Source: a bacterium (GTDB lineage: Bacteria; Patescibacteriota; Minisyncoccia; Ryanbacterales; GWA2-47-10b). From it: a stretch of DNA of 64,000 nucleotides. The notes under the pieces were generated by a model. That model had not been told where the DNA came from and made no database searches. It worked only from the letters and a program-made list of their open reading frames with translations. The position numbers and the translations under genes are program-made. The DNA lies in contig JAQBTR010000002.1 in NCBI GenBank assembly GCA_027624915.1, positions 30,802 to 94,801 on the forward strand, in the 5' to 3' direction. Below, piece after piece: positions 1 to 9,667 of the stretch (positions are counted from its first letter, which is position 1; each line of letters starts with the position of its first letter).

Positions 1-28
1 GTTTTCAACCAAAAATTCGAAACTAATC

Positions 29-922
29 ATGGGACACCTTTCAGACAAAGAAGTTAAAACTCTAGAGGAAAAAGCGAATGATATTCGTATTTCACTTATA
101 GAGTCACTTATCGAGGCAAAATCAGGACATTCTGCAGGACCCTTGGGGATGGCAGATATTTTTACAGCTTTTTATTTTCATATTTTAAAACACGATCCCA
201 AAAAACCAGACTGGCCAGAACGAGATAGATTAATTTTATCTAACGGTCATATTTGTCCAGTGTTGTATGCAACAATGGCCCATTCCGGTTACTTCCCGGT
301 TGAGGAACTAAAGACCCTTCGTAAGTTTGGGTCGCGATTACAAGGACATCCACATAGAGAAAAGCTTCCAGGTCTTGAGACTTCATCTGGCCCACTAGGT
401 TCTGGGTTGTCACAGGCTGTTGGTATGGCACTTGCTGACCGCATGGATAAGAAAGAAAAGAGCAACTTCTTCTATTGTTTTATGGGTGATGGCGAACTAA
501 ATGCTGGACAGGTTTGGGAAGCTATGATGCTTGCTGGAAAAGAACGCCTTTGGAATCTTATCTCAGTAATAGATCGTAACAATATTCAAATCGATGGATT
601 TACAGAGGATATTATGCCGCTTGAGCCTCTTCGCGAAAAATTTGAATCATTTGGGTGGCACGTACTCGATATTGATGGACATAATTTTGAGGCCATTGTT
701 GATGCCGTAGAGCAAGGAAAGGCCATTTATGAAAAACCAACGATGATTATTGCACACACTATTCCGGGCAAGGGTATCGATTTTATGGAGCGACGTTTTG
801 AGTGGCATGGTAATCCACCAGGAAAGGGTATAGATGATAGAGTTTCAAAAGATAAACAGGGGGAAGTCGCCCTAAAAGAATTGCGTACACTAGGAGGTAA
901 AATTAGAAGCGAGCATGAATGA
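29..922 (+). CDS. tkt: Transketolase, N-terminal (TPP-binding) subunit
   Basis: SGHSAG, LSNGH, RLQGHP, GPLGSG and GDGE...DRNN TPP-binding motifs; split-type transketolase. Confidence 0.95.
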   Translation: MGHLSDKEVKTLEEKANDIRISLIESLIEAKSGHSAGPLGMADIFTAFYFHILKHDPKKPDWPERDRLILSNGHICPVLYATMAHSGYFPVEELKTLRKFGSRLQGHPHREKLPGLETSSGPLGSGLSQAVGMALADRMDKKEKSNFFYCFMGDGELNAGQVWEAMMLAGKERLWNLISVIDRNNIQIDGFTEDIMPLEPLREKFESFGWHVLDIDGHNFEAIVDAVEQGKAIYEKPTMIIAHTIPGKGIDFMERRFEWHGNPPGKGIDDRVSKDKQGEVALKELRTLGGKIRSEHE

Positions 923-1133
923 TCCATTTATTACAATAAATCCAAATACAAATAAGCGAGAGTTTACACTTGTAGCATTGGGTGCTGTCATACTTGTTAT
1001 TACAGGTATTATTGTTTGGCAGTGGATTGTAACTATAAATGAGATTGAGGCAATTACCGAGGGTGAGCTTAATCGCTACAGCAATTTTTTACCGCAACAG
1101 GGATTAGATGATATCAAAGATTTAGAATTATGA
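915..1133 (+). CDS. Small single-pass membrane protein
   Basis: 72 aa with one hydrophobic helix; overlaps both transketolase halves. Confidence 0.6.
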   Translation: MNDPFITINPNTNKREFTLVALGAVILVITGIIVWQWIVTINEIEAITEGELNRYSNFLPQQGLDDIKDLEL

Positions 1134-2122
1134 TACCAAAAGACGCAAAACTTGTAGAACATCTTTTTGACCTAGAAAAGATTGAACAGGCCCCAACTCG
1201 TAATGGATATGGAGACGGTCTTGTTGCGGCCGCAGACGAAAACGACCAAGTGGTTGCGCTCTGTGCAGACCTTACCGAATCTACAAAGACAAATTTGTTT
1301 CGAGATAAATATCCAAACAGATTCGTAGAGGTTGGTATTGGTGAACAAAACATGGCATCAGTTGCGTCAGGTATGGCGGCAATGGGTAAGATTCCATATA
1401 TAGCCTCATATGCCATGTTTAGTCCGGGTCGTTCTTGGGAGCAGGTACGAACCACAATTTGTTATAACAATCAAAATGTAAAAATAGTTGGTGCACACTC
1501 TGGTATTTCTGTAGGGCCTGATGGCGCCACACATCAAGCTATAGAAGACATAGCTATTATGCGCGTTTTGCCAAACATGACTGTTATATCACCCTGTGAT
1601 TCCGTTGAGGCTCAAAAAGCCACTGTGGCTGCCGCAAAACATAAAGGGCCAGTATATATTCGTTTTCATAGAGAGAAGACACCAATATTTACTAGTGAAG
1701 ACACCCCATTTGAAATAGGAAAGGCTGTTATATTTTATGACCCCAAGGAAGTTACTGTTGCGGTAATCGCAACGGGTCCAATTGGCCACAATGCTTTGTT
1801 GGCGGCAAAAAATCTTGAGGAGAAAGGCATTGGAGTACGCGTAATAAATTGTCCTACGATAAAGCCGCTCGATGAAAAAATAATATTGAAGGCTGCAAAA
1901 GATGCTGGGGCAGTTGTTGTTGTTGAAGAACATCAAGCACATGGCGGGCTCGGTTCAGCTGTCGCTGAGTTATTAGCTGAAAATTATCCTGTTCCTATGG
2001 AATTTGTTGGAGTAAAAGATCGTTTTGGTGAATCAGGTCAGCTTGATGAATTATTTGAGGCATTTGGGCTTACAGTTTCAGATATAGAGAAAGCCATTAC
2101 TAGTGTCATAGATCGCAAATAG
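1130..2122 (+). CDS. tkt: Transketolase, C-terminal subunit
   Basis: GIGEQNM, GPDGATHQ and EEH..HGGLGS motifs. Confidence 0.95.
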   Translation: MIPKDAKLVEHLFDLEKIEQAPTRNGYGDGLVAAADENDQVVALCADLTESTKTNLFRDKYPNRFVEVGIGEQNMASVASGMAAMGKIPYIASYAMFSPGRSWEQVRTTICYNNQNVKIVGAHSGISVGPDGATHQAIEDIAIMRVLPNMTVISPCDSVEAQKATVAAAKHKGPVYIRFHREKTPIFTSEDTPFEIGKAVIFYDPKEVTVAVIATGPIGHNALLAAKNLEEKGIGVRVINCPTIKPLDEKIILKAAKDAGAVVVVEEHQAHGGLGSAVAELLAENYPVPMEFVGVKDRFGESGQLDELFEAFGLTVSDIEKAITSVIDRK

Positions 2123-2173
2123 TCTCCACAAGGTCTCGTCGCTCGATATTAGTCAATATGTACGTATACAATC

Positions 2174-2479
2174 ATGAATAATCTACTCATCGCTAGCATA
2201 ATTGATTTCTTGGGATTTATTATCTCGCTTTTTGCTATTTATATTGTTGCTGATAGTTCATCTCTGCTAGTCCCACCTATACGTAGAGGAGTTCTCAATT
2301 TTATTTGGGGGCTTGGTTTTATGGGCGTGGCATTTTTTTGGAGAGTAATAAGGTTCTTTTTGCCAGCATACTATTCATTTGTAGGAGATAGCTTTATTTT
2401 GTCGTTGAGCGTACTTTTGTTGCTCGTTGCCGCTTGGGATCTATTTAGAATTAAGAAAATAAATGATCATGCAGTTTGA
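2174..2479 (+). CDS. Hypothetical membrane protein (about 3 TM)
   Basis: Three hydrophobic segments; operonic position. Confidence 0.65.
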   Translation: MNNLLIASIIDFLGFIISLFAIYIVADSSSLLVPPIRRGVLNFIWGLGFMGVAFFWRVIRFFLPAYYSFVGDSFILSLSVLLLLVAAWDLFRIKKINDHAV

Positions 2480-3464
2480 TTTTGTAGGAATTGGGGATGT
2501 TGTGACAGACGCTTTTATCAAATTGGCCGATGACAATGCCGAGGTTATTAAGGGTGTTCACCAAAAGATATGTTTGAACCATCCTGATAAGATTCCTTTT
2601 GAAAGGGCTGTTGTGGTCAAGGGTGTCGGGAATGCGGCTAATGCGTGCGTGTCTGCTTCTCGTCTTGGTTTGGCAGCGGCTTTTGTGAGCAATGTTGGCG
2701 AAGACACTTTAGGCCAAGAAATGATTCAACATTTTAAAGATGAGGGTGTTAATGCCGACAATATTATTGTTAATAAAAATAAAACTTCAAACAACCACTA
2801 TGTTCTTTGGTATAAAACAGATCGAACAATTTTAATTCATCATGAAAAGTATGTATATCACTTACCATCTTTTGAAGAACCACCAAAGTGGTTTTACTTT
2901 AGTTCCATTGGTGAAGATGCGGTTGACTTTCATGATGTTGTTTCCGAATATATTGAGCAAAATCCTGAAACAAAGCTTGCGTTTCAGCCCGGTACATTTC
3001 AGATTAGGCTCGGGCCAAAAAAACTTGCTCGCATTTATAAAAATACTGAAGTCTTTTTTTGTAATAGAGAAGAGGCAATGGAAATAACAGGAATTGAAGA
3101 CCGTGAGATTGAGGGGCTTGTGCGTGCAATGCATTCATATGGACCTAGGATGGTGATTTTGACTGATGGTCCGGATGGAGCATACGCATCTGATGGTAAG
3201 CAAATATTCTTTTTGCCTCAATATCCTGATCCAGTCCCACCCCTTGAGAGGACGGGTGCTGGTGATTCGTTTTCCTCTACAGTTATTTCGTCACTAGCAC
3301 TTGGTAATTCACTCAAGACGGCTCTCATGTGGGGTCCTGTGAATTCGATGTCTGTCGTACAACACATTGGTGCGCAAGAAGGATTGTTACGGAGAACAAA
3401 GCTTGAGCAGTATTTGGAGGCCGCACCACCTGATTATAAGTCAACTATATATAAGAAACTCTAA
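2463..3464 (+). CDS. PfkB/ribokinase-family carbohydrate kinase
   Basis: GNAANA..A.RLG and ERTGAGDSF PfkB signatures. Confidence 0.9.
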   Translation: MIMQFDFVGIGDVVTDAFIKLADDNAEVIKGVHQKICLNHPDKIPFERAVVVKGVGNAANACVSASRLGLAAAFVSNVGEDTLGQEMIQHFKDEGVNADNIIVNKNKTSNNHYVLWYKTDRTILIHHEKYVYHLPSFEEPPKWFYFSSIGEDAVDFHDVVSEYIEQNPETKLAFQPGTFQIRLGPKKLARIYKNTEVFFCNREEAMEITGIEDREIEGLVRAMHSYGPRMVILTDGPDGAYASDGKQIFFLPQYPDPVPPLERTGAGDSFSSTVISSLALGNSLKTALMWGPVNSMSVVQHIGAQEGLLRRTKLEQYLEAAPPDYKSTIYKKL

Positions 3465-4330
3465 TGCTAAGTTTAAAAGAAGTACTAACAAATGCTACTC
3501 GCGAGCGCTGGGCGGTTCCGCATTTTAATTTTGCAAACTCATCAATGCTTGAAGCCCTAGTAGAGGCGGCAGTTGAAGCACGCTCACCACTTCTTGTTGG
3601 AACATCTGAATCAGAAAGAGATTTTATTGGCATTGAACAATGCGTGGCACTCGTAAAGAGTTATAGAGACGAACATGATATGCCAATCTATTTGAATGCA
3701 GATCACACATATTCTGTAGAAAAAGCAAAAGAAGCAATTGATGCAGGCTACGATTCTATCCATATTGATCTATCGAAGGAATCATTTGAAGACAACCTAA
3801 GGGGTACAAAAGAGGTTGTTGAATATGCAAAAAATAAAAACCCTGAGATCTCTGTTGAGGGAGAGATTGGGTATTTGGTAACAGACTCCTCCACTATCTA
3901 CAAAGACGTTATTGATGTTCCTAAGGAGAGTCTTGCAAAGCCCGATGAGGCAAAAAGATTTGTAGATGAGACGGGAGTAAATCGTCTGGCACCAGCAGTG
4001 GGAAGTATCCATGGTATTGCCGCTAACAAGCCACACTTAGATTTTGAGCTTATCTCTACACTACGAGGTTTACTTGGCGATACGGCATTTGTGCTTCATG
4101 GTGGATCTGGCGTAACTCAAGATGAAATGAAGAAAGCGGTACAAAGTGGCATTTCGAACGTTCATATTAGTACAGACCTACGAGTAGCTTTTGTGGATAA
4201 GCTTAGGGAAGAGTTGGAGAAACACAAGGATGAGTACAGGGTGTATAAGCTTTTAAAGCCTGAAATAGAAGAGGTAAAAAAGGTTGCTCTTTACAACATA
4301 GAACTTTTTGGTAGTAGGAATAAACTCTAA
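3464..4330 (+). CDS. fba: Fructose-bisphosphate aldolase, class II
   Basis: LNADH, VEGEIG, GSIHG and LHGGSG motifs. Confidence 0.92.
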   Translation: MLSLKEVLTNATRERWAVPHFNFANSSMLEALVEAAVEARSPLLVGTSESERDFIGIEQCVALVKSYRDEHDMPIYLNADHTYSVEKAKEAIDAGYDSIHIDLSKESFEDNLRGTKEVVEYAKNKNPEISVEGEIGYLVTDSSTIYKDVIDVPKESLAKPDEAKRFVDETGVNRLAPAVGSIHGIAANKPHLDFELISTLRGLLGDTAFVLHGGSGVTQDEMKKAVQSGISNVHISTDLRVAFVDKLREELEKHKDEYRVYKLLKPEIEEVKKVALYNIELFGSRNKL

Positions 4331-4436
4331 ATTACGAAACTCACTTCTACTACGACATTGCTGTCCTGCGAACGACAGTGAGCAGTTGACAGCAAGAAGT
4401 GCTCTTGTGGTGCGAACCCGTTTCGTAATTTAGAGT
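4324..4436. repeat. Fold-back intergenic element with perfect 17-bp terminal inverted repeats
   Basis: ACTCTAAATTACGAAAC (4324-4340) / GTTTCGTAATTTAGAGT (4420-4436); internal stems CACTTCT/AGAAGTG and TTGCTGTC/GACAGCAA. Confidence 0.85.
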
Positions 4437-4459
4437 AAAAAAGTGTAATATAAAAACAT

Positions 4460-5443
4460 ATGGTTACTAAAATATTTGTTACGCGCAAGATTCCAGACGC
4501 AGGGATAGAAATGCTTAAGGCTCCAGGCTATGAGGTGAAGGTAAGCGATAAGGATGGTGTTTTGACGAAGGATGAATTAATCGCCGAGTTAAAAACAGGA
4601 GAGTATAATGCTGTCCTATGTCTTTTGACTGACAAAATTGATACAGAAGTCTTGGATGCAGCTGGTCCTAAATGTAAGATTTTTGCTAATTATGCAGTTG
4701 GGTATGATAACATTGATGTCGAGGAGGCTCGCAAGCGAGATATTTTTGTATCAAACACACCAGGCGTACTAACTGAAACCGTTGCTGAATATACAATCTC
4801 ACTTATGTTGTCACTTGTGAGACGCATCCCAGAGGCTGATAAATTTGTTCGCGCTGGCGAATATCATGGTTGGGCGCCAATGCTTTTAATGGGGTCTGGA
4901 CTGGCTGGCAAAACATTGGGTGTTGTAGGGTTGGGGCGTATTGGTGCTCGAGTAGCACATCATGCTGTCCGAGGGTTTGATATGAAGGTTATTTACTATG
5001 ATGTAAATAGAAATGCTGATTTTGAAAAAGAATACAATGCAGGATATCGTGCTGATGTAGATCACGTTCTTACAGATGCTGATTTTGTCAGTATTCATGT
5101 GCCACTACTTGATTCCACAAAGCACCTTATTAATGATGCTAGACTTCAGCTTATGAAGAATTCTGCCTATCTGATAAATACATCGCGTGGTCCAGTAGTC
5201 GAGGAGGCGGCACTTGGTCGCGCATTAAAAGCTGGAACGATAAGGGGTGCTGCGATTGATGTATTTGAGTTTGAGCCAAAAATTGACTCCTTACTAACCG
5301 AGTTAGATAACATTGTTTTGACACCGCACATAGCATCTGCCACAGAGGAAACACGTGGCAAGATGTCAGAGCTCGCAGCGCAGAACATATTGGAGGCTTT
5401 GAGTGGGAATATCCCTCCAAACGTCATCCAAGCTCAGGGCTAG
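4460..5443 (+). CDS. D-glycerate dehydrogenase / glyoxylate reductase (D-2-hydroxyacid dehydrogenase family)
   Basis: AVGYDNID, GLGRIG, LINTSRG, DVFEFEP and TPHIAS motifs. Confidence 0.92.
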   Translation: MVTKIFVTRKIPDAGIEMLKAPGYEVKVSDKDGVLTKDELIAELKTGEYNAVLCLLTDKIDTEVLDAAGPKCKIFANYAVGYDNIDVEEARKRDIFVSNTPGVLTETVAEYTISLMLSLVRRIPEADKFVRAGEYHGWAPMLLMGSGLAGKTLGVVGLGRIGARVAHHAVRGFDMKVIYYDVNRNADFEKEYNAGYRADVDHVLTDADFVSIHVPLLDSTKHLINDARLQLMKNSAYLINTSRGPVVEEAALGRALKAGTIRGAAIDVFEFEPKIDSLLTELDNIVLTPHIASATEETRGKMSELAAQNILEALSGNIPPNVIQAQG

Positions 5444-5476
5444 ATTTTTTGGCCAGTTCTGGTATACTTGGTCATT

Positions 5477-6175
5477 ATGGAACAACTTTTGGCAGAAAAA
5501 AGAGAAGTATTCGGAAAGCAACTTTCGGGGCTCCGCGCCTCTGGGCGTGTTCCTGCTATCGTATATGGAGCAGGCTCTAAAGAGTCACTATCTCTATCAG
5601 TAGTATCAGGAGATTTTGTTCGCCTTTGGAAAAAGGCTGGCGAGTCTACAATCCTTTCTCTATCCATTGATGGCGATGGAAAAAAGAACGTTTTGATTCA
5701 CGATGTGGCAATGGATCCAGTTACTCAAAAGCCACTTCATGTAGATTTCTACGAGGTGTCTAAAGACCACAAGCTTAAGGTTAATGTGCCATTTGTATTT
5801 GATGGTGAGTCGCGTGCGGTAAAAGAGCTTGGAGGTATGCTTGAGAAGGTACTTCACGATGCAGAGGTTGAAGCATTCCCTGACAAGTTACCACATGAAC
5901 TTATTATAGATATTTCTAAAATTGCAACGTTTGATGACCACATTACACTTGGCGATATCAAAATGCCTGAGGGCGCTACTCTTACGGGTGAGCCCGAAAG
6001 TTTGGTTGCAAAAGTTAACCCTCCTCGAACACAAGAAGAGCTTGATGCTGAACTCGCAGAAACTACTGATGCAAGTCTTGATGATATTGAAGTTGAAGAG
6101 AAGGGCAAGCAAGATGATGATGAGTCTGAAGGATCTGATGAGTCCTCTGAGGGTTCAAAAGAAAAGAGTGAATAA
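5477..6175 (+). CDS. rplY: 50S ribosomal protein L25/CTC (long form)
   Basis: LR..GRVPAIVYG and PLHVDF motifs, acidic tail; ATG 5477 preferred over TTG 5468. Confidence 0.93.
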   Translation: MEQLLAEKREVFGKQLSGLRASGRVPAIVYGAGSKESLSLSVVSGDFVRLWKKAGESTILSLSIDGDGKKNVLIHDVAMDPVTQKPLHVDFYEVSKDHKLKVNVPFVFDGESRAVKELGGMLEKVLHDAEVEAFPDKLPHELIIDISKIATFDDHITLGDIKMPEGATLTGEPESLVAKVNPPRTQEELDAELAETTDASLDDIEVEEKGKQDDDESEGSDESSEGSKEKSE

Positions 6176-7490
6176 AATCCTAGCAGGTGTATTAACCTTG
6201 TTAGGCCCGGTGCTGTTGTTTTCAGCGTTGGTGTTTTTTGCTCACGCACAGTCTCTTTCACAGCAGGTAATTGACCATAGAGCCGAACTTAAGCGACGTC
6301 TTGATGGTATAGAGACGGAGATTGGTGGGTGGCAAAAACTTATTACAGAGAAACAAAACGAAGCTGAAAGTTTTGAACGAGATATAGCAATTTTGGATGC
6401 AAAAATCAGTAAGGCAAAATTACAGATTCGAGCTTTTGATATTGAAGTGGAGCGTCTTCAGGGGAGAATAAACGATAAGGAAGGCACCATTGATGAAATT
6501 TTAGCAAAAGTAGAGAGGGAGAAACTTTCGCTTGCAGAGGCATTGCGTAAGATGTGGGAGTATGACGATACGTCAGTAATTGAAGCGATGTTTGCGCATG
6601 ACTCTATTTCAGATTATTTTGGGGATATTGATACTATCGATGTAGTTCAGCGAAGTCTACAGCAATCATTTGAAGAATTATATTCAACAAAAACCCAGGA
6701 GGAGGTTGCGCGTGACCAATATGTTGGGCAACGTACAGAGGCACAAGAATTAAGGTATGTCCAGGAACTTGAACGTCAAGATTTACAAAAAAATGAAAAC
6801 GAACGACAATCTTTATTGGATGCGACACGAGGCAAAGAGTCAGAATATACAAAGATTAAAAATCGTAGGCAACAAGATGCCGCCGCCATTAGGAGTCAAC
6901 TTTTCTTGTTGCAAGGTTCTCCTGCGATTCCTTTTGAGAGAGCAGTAGCATTGGCTGAAAGAGCATCTCAAAAGACTGGAGTTCGTGTGGCATTTGCCCT
7001 TGGTATAATTGCACAAGAATCAGAACTTGGTAAAAATATAGGACAGTGTAACTTGCCTGAGGACCCACCAAAATATAAGTGGTATAATATCATGAAGCCA
7101 ACCCGGGATAAGGAGCCATATCTAGCTATTACAAGTAGTCTCGGTCTCGATCCAGATCTAATGCCGCTTTCGTGTCCACTGTCTGTTGGTTGGGGAGGTG
7201 CGATGGGTCCTGCGCAATTTATCCCCTCTACTTGGATTTTATATGTCGACCGTATTGGTAGAGCAACAGGTCATGTTCCTCCCAACCCGTGGGAGCCAGA
7301 GGACGCATTTATGGCCTCTTCTCTATTTTTGTCTGACTTGGGCGCTGACAAGCGTGACGGTGAGTTTGAGGCGGCAGCTCGCTACTTTGCCGGAGGAAAC
7401 TGGAATGGGTCTCTTGGAAGGACTTATGCAAATCAAGTACTTTCTAAAGTAGAGACGTATCAGCGTCAAATTGATATAATTTCAAGGTGA
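6168..7490 (+). CDS. Secreted coiled-coil lytic murein transglycosylase (SLT_2/MltB-like C-terminal domain)
   Basis: Signal peptide after GTG 6168, long coiled coil, QES and GAMGPAQFIPSTW motifs; the 5922 start overlaps rplY and is unlikely. Confidence 0.85.
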   Translation: MNKILAGVLTLLGPVLLFSALVFFAHAQSLSQQVIDHRAELKRRLDGIETEIGGWQKLITEKQNEAESFERDIAILDAKISKAKLQIRAFDIEVERLQGRINDKEGTIDEILAKVEREKLSLAEALRKMWEYDDTSVIEAMFAHDSISDYFGDIDTIDVVQRSLQQSFEELYSTKTQEEVARDQYVGQRTEAQELRYVQELERQDLQKNENERQSLLDATRGKESEYTKIKNRRQQDAAAIRSQLFLLQGSPAIPFERAVALAERASQKTGVRVAFALGIIAQESELGKNIGQCNLPEDPPKYKWYNIMKPTRDKEPYLAITSSLGLDPDLMPLSCPLSVGWGGAMGPAQFIPSTWILYVDRIGRATGHVPPNPWEPEDAFMASSLFLSDLGADKRDGEFEAAARYFAGGNWNGSLGRTYANQVLSKVETYQRQIDIISR

Positions 7491-7569
7491 AGAGGGTACC
7501 CTGGGGTACAAGGTGAAGAGGGTACCCTGGGGTACAAGGTGAAGAGGGTACCCTGGGGTACAAGGTGAA
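7483..7569. repeat. Perfect tandem repeat, 26-bp unit x3.35
   Basis: CAAGGTGAAGAGGGTACCCTGGGGTA at 7483, 7509 and 7535, plus partial CAAGGTGAA at 7561. Confidence 0.95.
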
Positions 7570-7603
7570 TTCTGTGAATCAGAATGGGGTATAAGGTAAC
7601 ATT

Positions 7604-7888
7604 ATGACGAAGCATATACATTGGGGAATAGTTCTTGTTTTTATATACTTACTAGCTATAGTTGGTTTGTTTATTTACGCGCTTAGTTGTGATGGATTTT
7701 TGTGTGGTCTGCTTGTTGTGTGGGCGGCGGCTCCATGGTCAATACTAGCTGCCTACACAGAGATAGAAGGGAACGCCCTATCAGGCGCTCTACTCTTTTT
7801 TGGTGGAATTGTTATAAATATTTTTATTCTCTACTTTACAGGTAAGCTGCTTTCTAAAAAAAAAGTTGCTTCCCCTCAAGATGAGTGA
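7604..7888 (+). CDS. Hypothetical membrane protein
   Basis: 94 aa with three hydrophobic segments. Confidence 0.65.
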   Translation: MTKHIHWGIVLVFIYLLAIVGLFIYALSCDGFLCGLLVVWAAAPWSILAAYTEIEGNALSGALLFFGGIVINIFILYFTGKLLSKKKVASPQDE

Positions 7889-7916
7889 TAGTTTGCATAT
7901 AGAATAAGGGGTAAGC

Positions 7917-8360
7917 ATGGACTGGCCGACGTATGATGACCGGCCCATAGCCGGCTCTCTTTTGCACAGTATTCATCTGCATCTAGCAGAGCTAGAAACA
8001 CTTCTACGCCAAGTAACATTTAATTATGATGATGGTGTCTACCGTTTCTATCATGGTAGTGCCAAGGTGTTTTTTCTACAGTTTGATACAGAAAAAATGA
8101 TTGAGAGATTTTGTACTCTTTTTATTGTTCCACTCAATAAAGATTTACTAACCATTGTTGAAGATGGAACTGGATTTAAGTGGCGTCTCGGTGTCCAATT
8201 TACTCTCGATGATACACGTCGAGTGGTTGAGGCATTTTTGCATGCCAAATATTTTCTTGAGATGTTGGTGATGTCAGGCAAAGGCATTATTGGGCCACTT
8301 CCTCCGGCAACCATGCCAGCTCACTGGGCATCTGTTCTTTATCTCTATAATTTGCGTTAA
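7917..8360 (+). CDS. Hypothetical protein
   Basis: 147-aa ORF with purine-rich RBS, followed by a terminator. Confidence 0.65.
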   Translation: MDWPTYDDRPIAGSLLHSIHLHLAELETLLRQVTFNYDDGVYRFYHGSAKVFFLQFDTEKMIERFCTLFIVPLNKDLLTIVEDGTGFKWRLGVQFTLDDTRRVVEAFLHAKYFLEMLVMSGKGIIGPLPPATMPAHWASVLYLYNLR

Positions 8361-8387
8361 AAAAACCACCCCAACGGGGTGTTTTTT
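8359..8387. terminator. Bidirectional intrinsic terminator
   Basis: A-tract, CACCCC-AAC-GGGGTG, T-tract between convergent genes. Confidence 0.75.
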
Positions 8388-9123
8388 ATTTCTTCTTTTT
8401 TTCGTCCGCCACCTTCCGAAAGGCTTTTATGATGGGGGAGAGGTCTCCTTCAAGAATTTTATCTATATTATGAAACTTTTTTCCAATACGATGATCTGTG
8501 ATTCTATCTTGCATAAAATTATAGGTTCGGATTTTTTCTGAGCGGTCTTGAGTTCCAATTTGCATACGGCGGTCATCTTGTACAGAACCCGCAGCCCCTT
8601 CCTGATTAAGTTCGTGTAGTTTAGAACGTAGGATTTCCATAGCCTTTTCTCGGTTGGCAAGCTGTGTCCGTTCTGAACGAGAGTTGATCACAATACCAGT
8701 TGGCTTATGGGTAAGACGAACAGCAGATTCTACTTTGTTTACGTTTTGGCCTCCAGGGCCTCCAGCTCGAGAGAAGGACACCTCGATTTCGTCTGGGCGA
8801 ATTTCTACTTCTTTTGCCTCTACAATTTTAAGAATAGCAACAGATGCGGTTGAAGTATGAACGCGTCCTGATTTTTCAGTTTTTGGTACGCGTTGGATAC
8901 GATGTACGCCACTTTCTTGTTTGAGAGATTCATATACATCCTCACCCTTAAATTCAACAACAGCTTCTTTTATTCCACCGACTTCACTTTCTGATTCATC
9001 CACAACTCGATAGCCCCAGTTTTTTTTGCCAGCAAATTTTATGTACATGTTCTCAAGCTCTTGTGCAAAGAGAGCGGCCTCATTGCCGCCAGCACCAGCG
9101 CGAATTTCTACAACTACTTTCAT
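8386..9123 (-). CDS. prfA: Peptide chain release factor 1, N-terminally shortened (lacks domain 1)
   Basis: [23 protein letters not shown] (PxT), GGQNVNK and [10 protein letters not shown]; only 245 aa; directly downstream of rpmE. Confidence 0.9.
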   Translation of the reverse strand: MKVVVEIRAGAGGNEAALFAQELENMYIKFAGKKNWGYRVVDESESEVGGIKEAVVEFKGEDVYESLKQESGVHRIQRVPKTEKSGRVHTSTASVAILKIVEAKEVEIRPDEIEVSFSRAGGPGGQNVNKVESAVRLTHKPTGIVINSRSERTQLANREKAMEILRSKLHELNQEGAAGSVQDDRRMQIGTQDRSEKIRTYNFMQDRITDHRIGKKFHNIDKILEGDLSPIIKAFRKVADEKKKK

Positions 9124-9138
9124 ATGAGGCGCGCGAAG

Positions 9139-9381
9139 TTATTTACGAGCTCGTTTGTTTCGTTTTTGGGATACAGGCGCAGCCTTAGATGCGCGCTTCT
9201 TAAACTTATCAACGCGTCCTGCAGCATCTATAAGCTTTTCTTTTCCTGTATAGAATGGGTGACAGTTGCCACAGATTTCCACCTCAATGTCTTTTTTTGT
9301 ACTACCAATATGCATGACGTTGCCGCATGCACATTGAATTTTCGCATCTGCGAAATATTGTGGGTGAATCTCTTTTTTCAT
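9139..9381 (-). CDS. rpmE: 50S ribosomal protein L31 (Zn type)
   Basis: MKKEIHP, CACG, C..CHPFYTG and GRVDKF. Confidence 0.96.
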   Translation of the reverse strand: MKKEIHPQYFADAKIQCACGNVMHIGSTKKDIEVEICGNCHPFYTGKEKLIDAAGRVDKFKKRASKAAPVSQKRNKRARK

Positions 9382-9385
9382 AGGA

Positions 9386-9556
9386 TTAAGGAATTGTTCC
9401 CAAGCTCGCTTTTGTAAGTAAAATATTCAGAGTTTGAGCGAGACGAAGAGAAAATTTTGAAGTTAATACTGGAAGTATTGCTGATACATTTTCTCAAGGT
9501 CGTAGCTAAAGCCTGGAGGTTTTGGTAGAAATGGAGTTTGTGAACAGTTCCATTAA
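9386..9556 (-). repeat. Nested fold-back element; core homologous to 55374-55480
   Basis: Imperfect outer IR 9386-9408/9534-9556; inner GAGAAAAT/ATTTTCTC and AATACT/AGTATT; minus strand of 9420-9523 aligns with 55374-55480. Confidence 0.7.
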
Positions 9557-9626
9557 AGGTCATAATACCACCAAATATCATCATATGCAACACCTTAGAA
9601 GTATTATGACTTGTAAACCCATATTC

Positions 9627-9655
9627 TTGCCAATTTGGGCTCGATTCGGTATACT
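9627..9655 (+). promoter_or_regulatory. Sigma70-type promoter of rpsB-tsf
   Basis: TTGCCA-17 nt-TATACT; TTGGGCT/AGCCCAA inverted repeat brackets the -10. Confidence 0.55.
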
Positions 9656-9667
9656 AGCCCAATTGTT

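Noticed and set aside
5922..6167. N-terminal extension of the transglycosylase ORF
   Set aside because: Overlaps rplY in another frame; the signal peptide begins at GTG 6168.
7483..7569. CRISPR array
   Set aside because: Units are head-to-tail with no spacers, and no cas genes are in the window.
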